The notes: generated by a model not told the origin, from the sequence alone. 53,722 bases of DNA from a virus (IMGVR_UViG_3300020227_000034:1-53722); one strand, 5' to 3'; counted from the stretch's first letter, positions 26,007-35,004 are shown. Translations and numbers: made by a program.

Positions 26007-26058
26007 TGGTACGCGGTAAGCTTTGCCCTTTAGATATTTAGTGTTGCGCTTGACTCTT

Positions 26059-26793
26059 TTATCTCTTTGACCTGCTTTTGTTCTTTTGACTGACACGCTT
26101 TTTATACCTCCTTACTTCTGATATTGGTGTGCCGTCTTTTAACATAGAATATATTTTACGTGCGAAGTCCCAATCGGTAAATGTATGATCGTAGACCACT
26201 ACGTAGTCCCAACCTTTTAACCCTCCAACGTCTTCCCAGTATTCTTTACGTACTACTATTCTCGCTGGTCGAGGAAGGTCGTTACCTGTTTGTTTCATTG
26301 TGATGAAGTATCGTGTACCACCGACAGTAAAGGTATCACTTTTACTCTCGTGTTGGGGTTCCCACGTCTTCTGATTTTTAAGTGAACCGTATCCTCTCTT
26401 GATTCGCTTAGCATATTGCCAGAAGCCTTGGTTATTAATGCTATCTCTATAGTACTGTGCAGCATAGGCTCTATAACCAACCTTGCTACCACACTGCTCT
26501 ACAATTGTTTTTCTGTGTAAAATAATTGCATTTATTAGCTTATCTACTTCTGACAATGCAAAGTACTCTCTTTTATCGCGTCTGAAGTATTCATTCAAAT
26601 TAGTTAGTAAATTGAAGCGATATTTTAGGTGTTTCTTACCATGATGGTCGCTAATACGTAAGCTATGCGAAGCCCCATAATCCATTTTTATATAGATGCT
26701 CTTACTGGACCTACTGTCGTACCTTTGAATAATAAACCCCTCTTGCAATAATCGGTCAATGATATATACTGCAGCTTGTTTAGCACTTCTCAT
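26059..26793 (-). CDS. Hypothetical protein with a very basic C-terminal tail (possible nucleic-acid-binding protein)
   Basis: 244 aa, ending RRYKKRVSQKNKSRSKR. ATGA coupling to the upstream mini-ORF. Followed by terminator 25946..25978. Borders the inverted-repeat region. Confidence 0.6.
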   Translation of the reverse strand: MRSAKQAAVYIIDRLLQEGFIIQRYDSRSSKSIYIKMDYGASHSLRISDHHGKKHLKYRFNLLTNLNEYFRRDKREYFALSEVDKLINAIILHRKTIVEQCGSKVGYRAYAAQYYRDSINNQGFWQYAKRIKRGYGSLKNQKTWEPQHESKSDTFTVGGTRYFITMKQTGNDLPRPARIVVRKEYWEDVGGLKGWDYVVVYDHTFTDWDFARKIYSMLKDGTPISEVRRYKKRVSQKNKSRSKR

Positions 26794-26891
26794 TTGTCGC
26801 GACCTTCAATCGATTTAATAACCCAACCACAAACAAATCCGATAGCAGCTGCTCCTGACATAATACCTAAGAATAAAAAGTCAATTATCAT
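26790..26891 (-). CDS. Small membrane protein (33 aa, MIIDFLFLGIMSGAAAIGFVCGWVIKSIEGRDK), absent from the ORF track
   Basis: RBS GGGGGAG. ATGA overlaps at both ends (translational coupling). One predicted TM helix. Confidence 0.5.
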   Translation of the reverse strand: MIIDFLFLGIMSGAAAIGFVCGWVIKSIEGRDK

Positions 26892-27046
26892 TTCCAACTC
26901 CCCCTAAAAAAGTACCCATGTTTTTTACCATATTGCTCCAGCTCTTTGTAACTATTTACGTTAGCTAAGAAGTGACCACATTCATCTAATAAAACAAAGT
27001 GAGTAGGGTACTGTAAATAGTACCCCGTCTTGTTACGTTTCTTCAT
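26891..27046 (-). CDS. Small hypothetical protein (51 aa, MKKRNKTGYYLQYPTHFVLLDECGHF...), absent from the ORF track
   Basis: The ATG overlaps the stop of 27043..27606 (ATGA). Its own stop overlaps the next ATG. Confidence 0.45.
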
Positions 27047-27606
27047 TTTACACTTCTCACCCCAGACTTCTTATGTTGTTCATATAGCTCAATTAATTGC
27101 TCGTAAGTATCCTTTTCCCCAACACCCTTATAATGGTGTGCTAATACATATAATAACTGTTCCGGGTAATTAACGACCATCATCTTGCCTTCCCGAATGT
27201 AGCGGTCAATTGCGTCCCAACTAAGTGGTGAATGGATTCCGATGTCGTCAATCATTGTACCTGCGTAATGGTCATTAGCTGATGTAATCTTGCCTGCACT
27301 AATTTTTTCATCCTTCCTTCCGGACTTCCACGCCAAGAACTCTCCTTCTTTAGCACCCGTCTTACGTTGTACGCGAGCCCCCATCCCGGCAGGTGAATTA
27401 CCTGAGCTCTTGGCTTGCTTAGTTACTTGCTCATTATTTTCTTCCCAGGCACTCCAAGCCTCTGGGTCAATCATGCGTTTTCCTGTGGTTTGGTCTACTG
27501 GAGCGCCCTGTTTTCTAATTGCATAGTTAATTTTTTGTGGTGTACTGAATTTCTTACCTTCGGCTGCTTGTTGTTTAGCGAATTCACTTACTGGTACTAA
27601 TGTCAT
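27043..27606 (-). CDS. Hypothetical protein
   Basis: 187 aa, closely packed after the zinc-ribbon ORF. Confidence 0.6.
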   Translation of the reverse strand: MTLVPVSEFAKQQAAEGKKFSTPQKINYAIRKQGAPVDQTTGKRMIDPEAWSAWEENNEQVTKQAKSSGNSPAGMGARVQRKTGAKEGEFLAWKSGRKDEKISAGKITSANDHYAGTMIDDIGIHSPLSWDAIDRYIREGKMMVVNYPEQLLYVLAHHYKGVGEKDTYEQLIELYEQHKKSGVRSVK

Positions 27607-27609
27607 TAT

Positions 27610-27819
27610 TTATTCGTCCTCCCCTTCAAAAGATTGAAATAATTTATCAAAGCATTTTCCACAGATACCGGAAATCACGATTTCCCTAATATTCGCGGAC
27701 ACATGTGGTAATGCATCCTGGATACGAACCCCTTGTTGTAACTTTTTGATTTGGTTATCTGTAGCTTTAAAATGATACTCGGTTTTACAATCCTGACATT
27801 CTACATAGTATGTTTGCAT
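27610..27819 (-). CDS. Zinc-ribbon protein
   Basis: 69 aa with CQDC...CGKC cysteine pairs. RBS AAGGAGG. Downstream of promoter 27854..27882. Confidence 0.6.
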   Translation of the reverse strand: MQTYYVECQDCKTEYHFKATDNQIKKLQQGVRIQDALPHVSANIREIVISGICGKCFDKLFQSFEGEDE

Positions 27820-27853
27820 TGTTTATGTTCCTCCTTATTTATCTTATATATTA

Positions 27854-27882
27854 ATTATAATACAGGTGAACTCCAAAGTCAA
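27854..27882 (-). promoter_or_regulatory. Promoter TTGACT-N17-TATAAT
   Basis: Minus strand reads TTGACGggTTGACTttggagttcacctgtatTATAAT. Confidence 0.7.
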
Positions 27883-27993
27883 CCCGTCAATAGCATTTGG
27901 ACACGATTTTTCACCGAATAACTATACGCAGCAATCTGTTTCCAATTAAATATTTAAAGAAAAACCAGCAAATAAATGATGGCTTTTAAGTTA

Positions 27994-28833
27994 TTACTCG
28001 CTTAGATATGAATTACGTTCTGTTGTAAATAGGTCCGCAGTCGTAGTTAAACCTTGACGGGTTGCTTCTCGTACAATGAATTCTGCGTGCTTGGTATTCT
28101 CAAAGAATACGATTGGGTCGCCTAGGATGGCATCTTGCATATCCACACCAGAGAAGTAATCGTTGACCATATTTACAATCTCGTCCCGAGTTGCGCCTGC
28201 AGGGATATTACGTAAGAATGCCTCTGTGTTTTCTGTTGTAATACATTGCGCTACCTCAGCCCAGTTTAAAGCTGTGTAGTTCTTATTAAATGGAGTCTCT
28301 AGGGCTTTAACTGTGTTATAACGTTTTAAACCAAACCCTTGTTGCACATTTAAGAATCCATAAGAATAAGATGATTCGTTGAAGTATTCCCACCCAGTGT
28401 TAGGATTATTGTAAGCTGTGACAGCTAATAAATGCTTCATACTGTTACCGGCATCACCTTCTACAATACCAATTTCCGTACCAGCAGGTAAGGTTCCAAT
28501 CTTAGTACCAGCAGAGTTGAACTTGTCTGCATCATTGACTGTCTTCAGTACTGTTAAGCTTTGACCTCCAAAAGATTGCTTCCTGAACCCAGCATCTGTT
28601 AAGTAACGTACATTACCATCTACAGCTCCGGCAAAGTGTCCTGTAGTGTAAGGGAATTCCACTGTATCAGAACCATCTGTAACAATGTCCACATATCCAG
28701 CTTCTACACGACGAGAACCATCTTCAAAAGGTACATATGCCTTAGACGCATTAATCGCCCATCGGTTTACATAAGCTCCATCCACATACTCTACAATAAA
28801 TAATTCACCCGGTAATAAGTTTGCTTTTGCCAT
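27994..28833 (-). CDS. Hypothetical protein
   Basis: 279 aa with RBS AGGAGGAA. Confidence 0.6.
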   Translation of the reverse strand: MAKANLLPGELFIVEYVDGAYVNRWAINASKAYVPFEDGSRRVEAGYVDIVTDGSDTVEFPYTTGHFAGAVDGNVRYLTDAGFRKQSFGGQSLTVLKTVNDADKFNSAGTKIGTLPAGTEIGIVEGDAGNSMKHLLAVTAYNNPNTGWEYFNESSYSYGFLNVQQGFGLKRYNTVKALETPFNKNYTALNWAEVAQCITTENTEAFLRNIPAGATRDEIVNMVNDYFSGVDMQDAILGDPIVFFENTKHAEFIVREATRQGLTTTADLFTTERNSYLSE

Positions 28834-28913
28834 AATAAAATTCCTCCTAATAGTTTAATAATTTAATTAGCCGAGAGCCACCGGCAGGTGACTCCCATTG
28901 TTAGTTTACTAGC

Positions 28914-29372
28914 TTAGTAACACATGCGTTCCCAATAACCACTGTACTTGTCTTCGCTGAAGTTAATATAGAAATTCTCAGTTGCTGCCCACTTACTTGT
29001 TGTCCCGTCGAAGTACACCATCAATCTGTACGTACCGTATTGGTCACCCGGGTCGATAAATCTTATATCGAAAGTACGGTGACTCGGTGAACTTGGTGAT
29101 ACATAACCTGATGCATAAGCTTTGGACCTCCACTCACCATTTTCGTATTTCTGAATAGCTGCAGCCCAGTCGTAATAATAGTACTGCGAATGCATGTCCA
29201 TTTCGACTGTACAGCTACCTCTGTTGTAGTTAGTAGCATCCACATAAAGTGAAATGCCCGATACGTTCGTTGTGAAGTACTGGTCAGTAGCGAATGCCTG
29301 GCTTGAAAAACCTAACAAGCTACCGATTCCAATGACTACGGCCAACATTAACTTCCCCATCTTTTGCTTCAT
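28914..29372 (-). CDS. Secreted hypothetical protein (signal peptide), paralog of 19930..20292
   Basis: N-terminal MKQKMGKLMLAVVIGIGSLLGFSSQAFA looks like a Sec signal peptide. RBS GAGGAGG. Downstream of promoter 29423..29451. Confidence 0.65.
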   Translation of the reverse strand: MKQKMGKLMLAVVIGIGSLLGFSSQAFATDQYFTTNVSGISLYVDATNYNRGSCTVEMDMHSQYYYYDWAAAIQKYENGEWRSKAYASGYVSPSSPSHRTFDIRFIDPGDQYGTYRLMVYFDGTTSKWAATENFYINFSEDKYSGYWERMCY

Positions 29373-29419
29373 CTGATTCCTCCTCTTAAATTTTTAGAAG
29401 ATTAATTATCTTCTATACT

Positions 29420-29455
29420 TATAATATAAAAGAGGTTAACTCTAAAGTCAACCCC
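29420..29455 (-). terminator. Intrinsic terminator after the dUTPase-like gene
   Basis: Minus RNA: GGGGUUGAC-uuuaga-GUUAACCUC (two G-U pairs), then UUUUAUAUU. Confidence 0.65.
29423..29451 (-). promoter_or_regulatory. Promoter TTGACT-N17-TATATT, embedded in terminator 29420..29455
   Basis: Minus strand reads aggggTTGACTttagagttaacctctttTATATT. Confidence 0.6.
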
Positions 29456-29469
29456 TTTTTCACGTCCTT

Positions 29470-29826
29470 TTACTTATTTATTTCGTATCCTGTTCGGTCA
29501 GATGTTCCATCTTGACGGGCATTGGTTTCACTAATCTTCTCCAGATACAACTGTTGTAATTCATCGGGTGTGATGCCAACCACAATAGTCATCTGGACTA
29601 AAAATAACCAAAGGTCAGTTACCTCACCTTTTAAAGCCGGTACATCAATTGGTTTGGGGTTCTTCCACCATTTCCAATTAGTCTCTCTACGGACCTCAGA
29701 GATTTCATCTTCCATAGCTACTAGAAGATTTTGTACCCATTCTTCTTGACTCCAATCAATCTCACGCTCGATTTGCATTCTAGCAAATATCTCTTTCTGG
29801 CGCTGAAACAGTAAATCCATATCCAT
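29470..29826 (-). CDS. All-alpha NTP pyrophosphohydrolase (dimeric dUTPase / MazG-like)
   Basis: 118 aa. LLVAMEDEISEVRRE...LKGEVTDLWLFLVQM has the E..E...E/D pattern of MazG/dimeric-dUTPase folds. Lies next to the RNR genes. Confidence 0.6.
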   Translation of the reverse strand: MDMDLLFQRQKEIFARMQIEREIDWSQEEWVQNLLVAMEDEISEVRRETNWKWWKNPKPIDVPALKGEVTDLWLFLVQMTIVVGITPDELQQLYLEKISETNARQDGTSDRTGYEINK

Positions 29827-29841
29827 TATTAACCACTCCTA

Positions 29842-30948
29842 TTATAAATCTAATTCTAGGTCTTCCGTGTCATCAAACTCATCATCTGTCTTCACATACT
29901 GGCGGGACTTCTGTTCAAAGAAATCAGTCTTACCAAGGTCAGTGTCCTCATACACTTTTATCCAAGACATGGGATTAGTATCCTGCTTATCAAAAGGTGC
30001 TGGGATGCGTAATTGTTTAGCTCTTACATTGGCCATGAAGCGAATATAACCAGATAGCTCGTCTACATTGATAGTATCGAACTTATGGCCGATTACGTAT
30101 TGGCTCCAGCTCATCTCGTATTGAGCCGCCTGCCGGATAATTTCCTCTCCGAGCTCGTATAGTTCAGGGATATCGAATTCAGGAAAGTCTAGTTTTACCG
30201 CAGCAAAGGTCTCTTTAAATAAACGTACATGCTGCTGCTCGTCACGGTTAATATAGTTAATCATAGTACTAGTTGCTACCATTCTACCAGAACGTGCTAA
30301 GTCATAGAAGAACGCAAATCCACTATAGAAGAATAGACCCTCTAGCATTACATCATATATAATAGAGATAAATAGATTAGCTACGGTCTTATCTTCTACG
30401 AATGGTTTGTACCCATTAATTAGAAAATCATTTCTCTCAATCAATACAGGGTCATGCTTCCAATATTCAAATACTTCATCTTGCCTATTCTTTTCTACTA
30501 GACTGGATAGAATATATGAGTATGAGTGGTTATGAATAACCTCTTGTTGGGCCAGAAGAACCATTAGAGCGTTAATACTAGAGTCTGTCAACTGGTCTGC
30601 TATTTGACTGGAGTAATCAGTTTGGACCGAATCTAGGAAGGCTAGTAACCCTATTATTTTTAAGAATGTGTCTTGCTCTTCTTCGTTCATTTTAGGGAAG
30701 TCTTTAATGTCCTGGTGCATATTAATTTCGAATGGTGTCCAGAAGTTACCTAACATCTTCTTGTATAAACCAAAAGCCCAAGGGAACCTAGTATCATCCC
30801 AGTTTACAACGTTAGAGCTATCCCCGTTAACTATTCTGGTAGATTTATTGGGAGCTGACTTATCCATTAGCTCCCTATTATCTAAAGGTATATGAGGTAC
30901 CTTATCTAAATATTGTTTTGTGAGTCTTTCTAGTTTTGCTTTATCCAT
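29842..30948 (-). CDS. nrdF: Ribonucleotide reductase class I beta subunit
   Basis: Di-iron ligand regions (LAFLDSVQ, QQEVIHNHSYSYIL, EGLFFYSGFAFF, RDEQQHV) and an acidic C-terminal tail. Start chosen at 30948 (MDKAKLERL) with RBS AAGGAG. Confidence 0.9.
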   Translation of the reverse strand: MDKAKLERLTKQYLDKVPHIPLDNRELMDKSAPNKSTRIVNGDSSNVVNWDDTRFPWAFGLYKKMLGNFWTPFEINMHQDIKDFPKMNEEEQDTFLKIIGLLAFLDSVQTDYSSQIADQLTDSSINALMVLLAQQEVIHNHSYSYILSSLVEKNRQDEVFEYWKHDPVLIERNDFLINGYKPFVEDKTVANLFISIIYDVMLEGLFFYSGFAFFYDLARSGRMVATSTMINYINRDEQQHVRLFKETFAAVKLDFPEFDIPELYELGEEIIRQAAQYEMSWSQYVIGHKFDTINVDELSGYIRFMANVRAKQLRIPAPFDKQDTNPMSWIKVYEDTDLGKTDFFEQKSRQYVKTDDEFDDTEDLELDL

Positions 30949-30962
30949 CCCGTAATCTCTCC

Positions 30963-33200
30963 TTATCCTGCACACGCTTCACATTTCGGTGGTATTACTG
31001 AAGACGTAGAGCGCGTATAATAAATAGTTTTCATCCCAAGCTTCCATGCAGTAAAGTGTAATTTAATAATCTCACTAGCAGTAGCAGTGTTTGGTAGATA
31101 TAAGTTAAAGCTTACTGCTTGGTCAATGTGACGTTGTCTAGCTACATTTTGTTTAATAGAGTACATTTGGTCAATATGATAACCTATCTTATAGTATCGC
31201 AACGTTGATAGATTTAAATCAGGTACCACAGTAGTGATTTTGGACCTCTTCTTTTCTTCAGCATAAACAATACCGAATACAGGGTCCACCCCATCAGTTG
31301 AAGCACCAATCTTACCGATAGACGCATTGGGTGCCACAGCCATCATATATCCATTTCTAACACCATTGTTAGCTACATCTTGTGCCAGTTGATTCCATTC
31401 AACGGTATCGTATCCACGTTTAGCAAAGTACTGACCGTTAGACCAATCAGAGCCTTCAAACAATGGGTAAGTACCCTTCTCCTTGGCTAGCTCCATAGAA
31501 GCCTTAATGGTGTGGAATGCTATCTTCTCATACAATTGGTCAGCCAATTCTACTGACTCTTCTGATTCCCAATCAATCTTCTTCTGTGCTAATAAATGAG
31601 CCCAACCATACGTACCTAAACCAACTGCGCGATACTTAGCATTAGTCTGCTCTGCTTGATGGACTTCAATGCGGCCCATATTCAAATCAATAACATTATC
31701 TAACATACGCATTTGGATTGGTATTACTCGTTCAATGACATCTGCTTTAACAGCTTTACCCAAATTAATAGAAGACAAATTACATACCACGAAATCACCG
31801 GAATCGTATTCTACAATATACTTATCTTCTCCAACCTTGATTTCCTTTGTAATTACTGTTGGAGATTGGTTTTGAGTAATCTCTGTACATAAGTTTGAAC
31901 AGTAAATCATCCCAGCATGACTATTTGGATTTAAGCGATTTACAGTGTCACGATAAAATTCATAAGGCATACCTGATTCTTTTTGTACTTTAATTATACG
32001 TACTTTTAACTGCGTCGTGTCTACTTCCTCACGAGACAAATCAGGATTGTTTTCACATTGGATATAGCGATACGAAAAGGCATGCCTCTCTGGGTCAGGA
32101 GTTTCACCTGCAGGGAGTCTTTCGCTGTCGAAATAGTCCTCTAACGCAAAGCCCATCTTCTGCTTGATCTCATGTGGGTCAAATAAAGAAAATTTCTGTT
32201 TCTTAGCTAACCGAGTCATAAAGATATCAGGGATACAAACACCTGTAAACAGGTCATGTATTTTAAAGCGCTCATCACCGTTGTTCAAGCTCCCATCTAA
32301 GAAGCGGAAGATGTCCTTATGCCAAACATCTAAATAAACTGCAACAGAGCCTTGTCGTTGTCCTAATTGGTCTACAGACACTGCCGTATTATTTAGTTGA
32401 CGTAACCAGGGCATAACACCTGTGGAGATACCTTTAAATCCTTTAATATCAGAACCCATGGAGCGTACTTTACCATAATAGATTCCTACCCCACCGCCAT
32501 TCTTAGATAAGCGTGCAGTGTTCGAATTGTTACCGTAAATACCATCTAAGGAGTCCTCTACTGTATCAATAAAGCAAGAACTTAGTTGTCCGTGTGTTTT
32601 ACCACTAGCAGCTAATGTTGGTGTGGCTACTGTCATATAAAGGTTTGACATTGCCCAATAAGCTTCTTTTACATAATCCATCCGCTTGTTGGGGTCCTCA
32701 TACATCATATTGTGTAAGGCAATAACCATCCAACGTTCTTGTGGTAGTTCTATTATTTTATGGTCACCAGTTTTAGTTAAGTAACGCTCTTGTAACATGT
32801 ATAAACCCATATAAGTGAATAAATCATCCAACTCAGGGTCTATGACTTTCTGTGCTTCCAGAATGTCCTCTTTCGAATAATGTTTTAGGATGTCTTCAGT
32901 TAGTCGCCCCTTAGCTTCCATGTATTGTAGGGCAGTAAGTAAATTCCCATACCCGAATCCACGGTTCTCGGTCACCTGCCGGATTACTTTGGCTCTTAGT
33001 AATCGTGCGGATACAAAAGACCAGCCCGGTTCTGGATAATCAGGGTCGAGTTTTTCTTGTGACTTCAGAATAGCAAAGTCCTCCAACTGTTCCTCTGTGT
33101 AGTCACCTCTCTGCTTCTTGAAGTTGGCTACTTGCTCTAGAAACTGTTCTTTAGACTTGGGCAGTATTCCAGTTAGCCCATCGAAAATATGTTCCAACAC
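30963..33200 (-). CDS. nrdE: Ribonucleotide reductase class I alpha subunit (no ATP-cone; NrdE-like)
   Basis: 745 aa with the catalytic region CSNLCTEI, NPNASIG-like segments and a C-terminal CEAC redox pair. Confidence 0.9.
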   Translation of the reverse strand: MLEHIFDGLTGILPKSKEQFLEQVANFKKQRGDYTEEQLEDFAILKSQEKLDPDYPEPGWSFVSARLLRAKVIRQVTENRGFGYGNLLTALQYMEAKGRLTEDILKHYSKEDILEAQKVIDPELDDLFTYMGLYMLQERYLTKTGDHKIIELPQERWMVIALHNMMYEDPNKRMDYVKEAYWAMSNLYMTVATPTLAASGKTHGQLSSCFIDTVEDSLDGIYGNNSNTARLSKNGGGVGIYYGKVRSMGSDIKGFKGISTGVMPWLRQLNNTAVSVDQLGQRQGSVAVYLDVWHKDIFRFLDGSLNNGDERFKIHDLFTGVCIPDIFMTRLAKKQKFSLFDPHEIKQKMGFALEDYFDSERLPAGETPDPERHAFSYRYIQCENNPDLSREEVDTTQLKVRIIKVQKESGMPYEFYRDTVNRLNPNSHAGMIYCSNLCTEITQNQSPTVITKEIKVGEDKYIVEYDSGDFVVCNLSSINLGKAVKADVIERVIPIQMRMLDNVIDLNMGRIEVHQAEQTNAKYRAVGLGTYGWAHLLAQKKIDWESEESVELADQLYEKIAFHTIKASMELAKEKGTYPLFEGSDWSNGQYFAKRGYDTVEWNQLAQDVANNGVRNGYMMAVAPNASIGKIGASTDGVDPVFGIVYAEEKKRSKITTVVPDLNLSTLRYYKIGYHIDQMYSIKQNVARQRHIDQAVSFNLYLPNTATASEIIKLHFTAWKLGMKTIYYTRSTSSVIPPKCEACAG

Positions 33201-33216
33201 TATTCCTCCCTATTCC

Positions 33217-33756
33217 TTATTCTTTGAAGTGGTCTTCAATATATTCTTGTTCTTCTTCCGCTGACAGTAAACCAGTAGCCTTACCTATAGTCCCATCTTG
33301 CATTTCCCAAATAGTATTATGCACTTGCACGGCGTTACTGAAGTCACCATCTAACCATGTAGTCAGTGTCTTCTCATAGAAGTCAGCATTTGCAAAACGG
33401 TCACCCTGAGCCTTAACCACTTCAAGCATACGCTCGATGCGGTCCTTAGTTATTGGTGCGGCTCCCCATTTAGGTGAGGCATCTACTTTTTGATGTGTCA
33501 TATGGTGGATTACTTCCATGAAGTTCTCCTCACTCATCGCATTGAAATCTGGGTCTACAACGTCGTCTTCGTCCACAGCTGCTGGGATTCCTTCTTCGAA
33601 GAGTTCTTGGCTGTATTCTCCTCCACCATTAGCTTGTACTTTAATGGCTTCAGCTTGCTCTTCTTCATGTTCCTGTACGTTGATTAACCATGTTGCTCCT
33701 ACACCTAATACTACAAGGGACATACCTGAGATTACCAAAGTCTTTAGTTTATTCAT
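33217..33756 (-). CDS. Membrane-anchored hypothetical protein
   Basis: 179 aa with an N-terminal TM/signal anchor (LKTLVISGMSLVVLGVGATWLI). RBS AGGAGGAA. Co-oriented with nrdE and 16 nt upstream of it. Confidence 0.6.
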   Translation of the reverse strand: MNKLKTLVISGMSLVVLGVGATWLINVQEHEEEQAEAIKVQANGGGEYSQELFEEGIPAAVDEDDVVDPDFNAMSEENFMEVIHHMTHQKVDASPKWGAAPITKDRIERMLEVVKAQGDRFANADFYEKTLTTWLDGDFSNAVQVHNTIWEMQDGTIGKATGLLSAEEEQEYIEDHFKE

Positions 33757-33779
33757 TTTAAATTCCTCCTATTTAATAA

Positions 33780-33807
33780 GTAAAAAGTACCTGGACCGAA
33801 GCCCAGG
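33780..33807 (-). terminator. Intrinsic terminator / leader hairpin upstream of the 179-aa / nrdE / nrdF genes
   Basis: Minus RNA: CCUGGGC-uucg-GUCCAGG, then UACUUUUUACUU. It lies about 25 nt before the RBS of 33217..33756. Confidence 0.65.
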
Positions 33808-33942
33808 TCAGTTAGGAGTAGGATAATAATAATAGGCAATAGAAAACCACTGTTATATTAATTATAACATAGACTGTAAGTAATTGCCATATCTGCCTAC
33901 CCTAGTTGGACCGTACTCATAAATATGTGAATCAAGGAGGTA

Positions 33943-34608
33943 TTACACCTCCTCGACCTCTTCTGCAAATAGCTTATCTACTTCAGCTAATAGCTCGTCG
34001 CTATACTCTTCTTTGGCTTTTGACCTTGGCATATCTCCGATAATGTCCTTATACTGTCTAGCTTGAGCTTTAAGCTCTTCCTGACGCTCTTTGGCTAACA
34101 TACGTTGTTGTACCTGATAAACCATTTGGTATCTGATTTCCATTAACTTAGCTATATGCTTACGTTCAATTCCTAGTTGAAGTAGTGCGCGGATACGGTC
34201 TGCTTTGGATTGACCATTTTCTAAGATTGCATTGACTTCATCGTCGCACTTGTATCCTTGAATAACAAGGTCTTCCCTTTCACGCTTAGTTAGTTTTGGT
34301 TTTTCTTCTTCCCCTTCTTCGGCAGGTGTTTCAGCTTGCTCATCTTCTTCTATGATAAGCGGTGCTGATTCTTCTTCCGTGTCTTCAGCTGGTTGTTCTT
34401 CTTGCTTTTCTTCTGGGTCGATTCCCATATTTTCTAATTCAGTGTTAACTTCTTCTTCGCTTACAAGCCCTTCACCATCTGAATCGATTTTATCATTAAC
34501 CATTGTAACTAACTCCTTCTTAGTCATACCAACTTTGTAAGTAACTCCAACTTCCTTTGCCGCTGCTTTAACTTCCTGCATTTTCATTTCTTCGTTTACT
34601 GTAATCAT
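33943..34608 (-). CDS. Acidic protein with a Rho-N/SAP-like N-terminal motif and a helical basic C-terminus
   Basis: 221 aa. N-terminal EVKAAAKEVGVTYKVGMTKKELVTMV resembles Rho N-terminal/SAP-type motifs. The central region is extremely Glu-rich. Confidence 0.5.
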   Translation of the reverse strand: MITVNEEMKMQEVKAAAKEVGVTYKVGMTKKELVTMVNDKIDSDGEGLVSEEEVNTELENMGIDPEEKQEEQPAEDTEEESAPLIIEEDEQAETPAEEGEEEKPKLTKREREDLVIQGYKCDDEVNAILENGQSKADRIRALLQLGIERKHIAKLMEIRYQMVYQVQQRMLAKERQEELKAQARQYKDIIGDMPRSKAKEEYSDELLAEVDKLFAEEVEEV

Positions 34609-34722
34609 TATTTAAATTCCTCCTAAGTGTTTGTTTTTTCTTACCTTATATTTATATTATAACCCATAATCCTCAAAAGTACACCCCGAAAGTCGAACTT
34701 TTTGGTTTTATTTTTAATTTGT

Positions 34723-34740
34723 AAGGGGCCGAAGCCCCTT
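34723..34740 (-). other. Stable stem-loop directly after the stop of 34744..35004, with no U-tract
   Basis: AAGGGGC-uucg-GCCCCUU, followed by an A-rich rather than U-rich sequence on the transcribed strand. Confidence 0.5.
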
Positions 34741-34743
34741 AAC

Positions 34744-35004
34744 TTATCTGAGGTAGTAATCTCGATAAGCTGTATAAGTACACTCTAAGTTGTAGTGGCC
34801 TTGATATAATGCCTTATCTTCGTGATTGTATAACCAGGTCACATATTCATTGCTACCTTCTGTTGGTGGTGTGCTAGCCAACACAATATAGAGATGGGAA
34901 TCATCTTCATGTATACTTATCTTCCTCATGCTGACTAATACGTACCCATTCGTCTTAACTGCCTTAGCTGCTTTCCATCTTGCTGTACTAAACACTATTG
35001 TCAT
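34744..35004 (-). CDS. Hypothetical protein
   Basis: 86 aa, downstream of promoter 35046..35074. A stable stem-loop follows the stop directly. Confidence 0.55.
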   Translation of the reverse strand: MTIVFSTARWKAAKAVKTNGYVLVSMRKISIHEDDSHLYIVLASTPPTEGSNEYVTWLYNHEDKALYQGHYNLECTYTAYRDYYLR

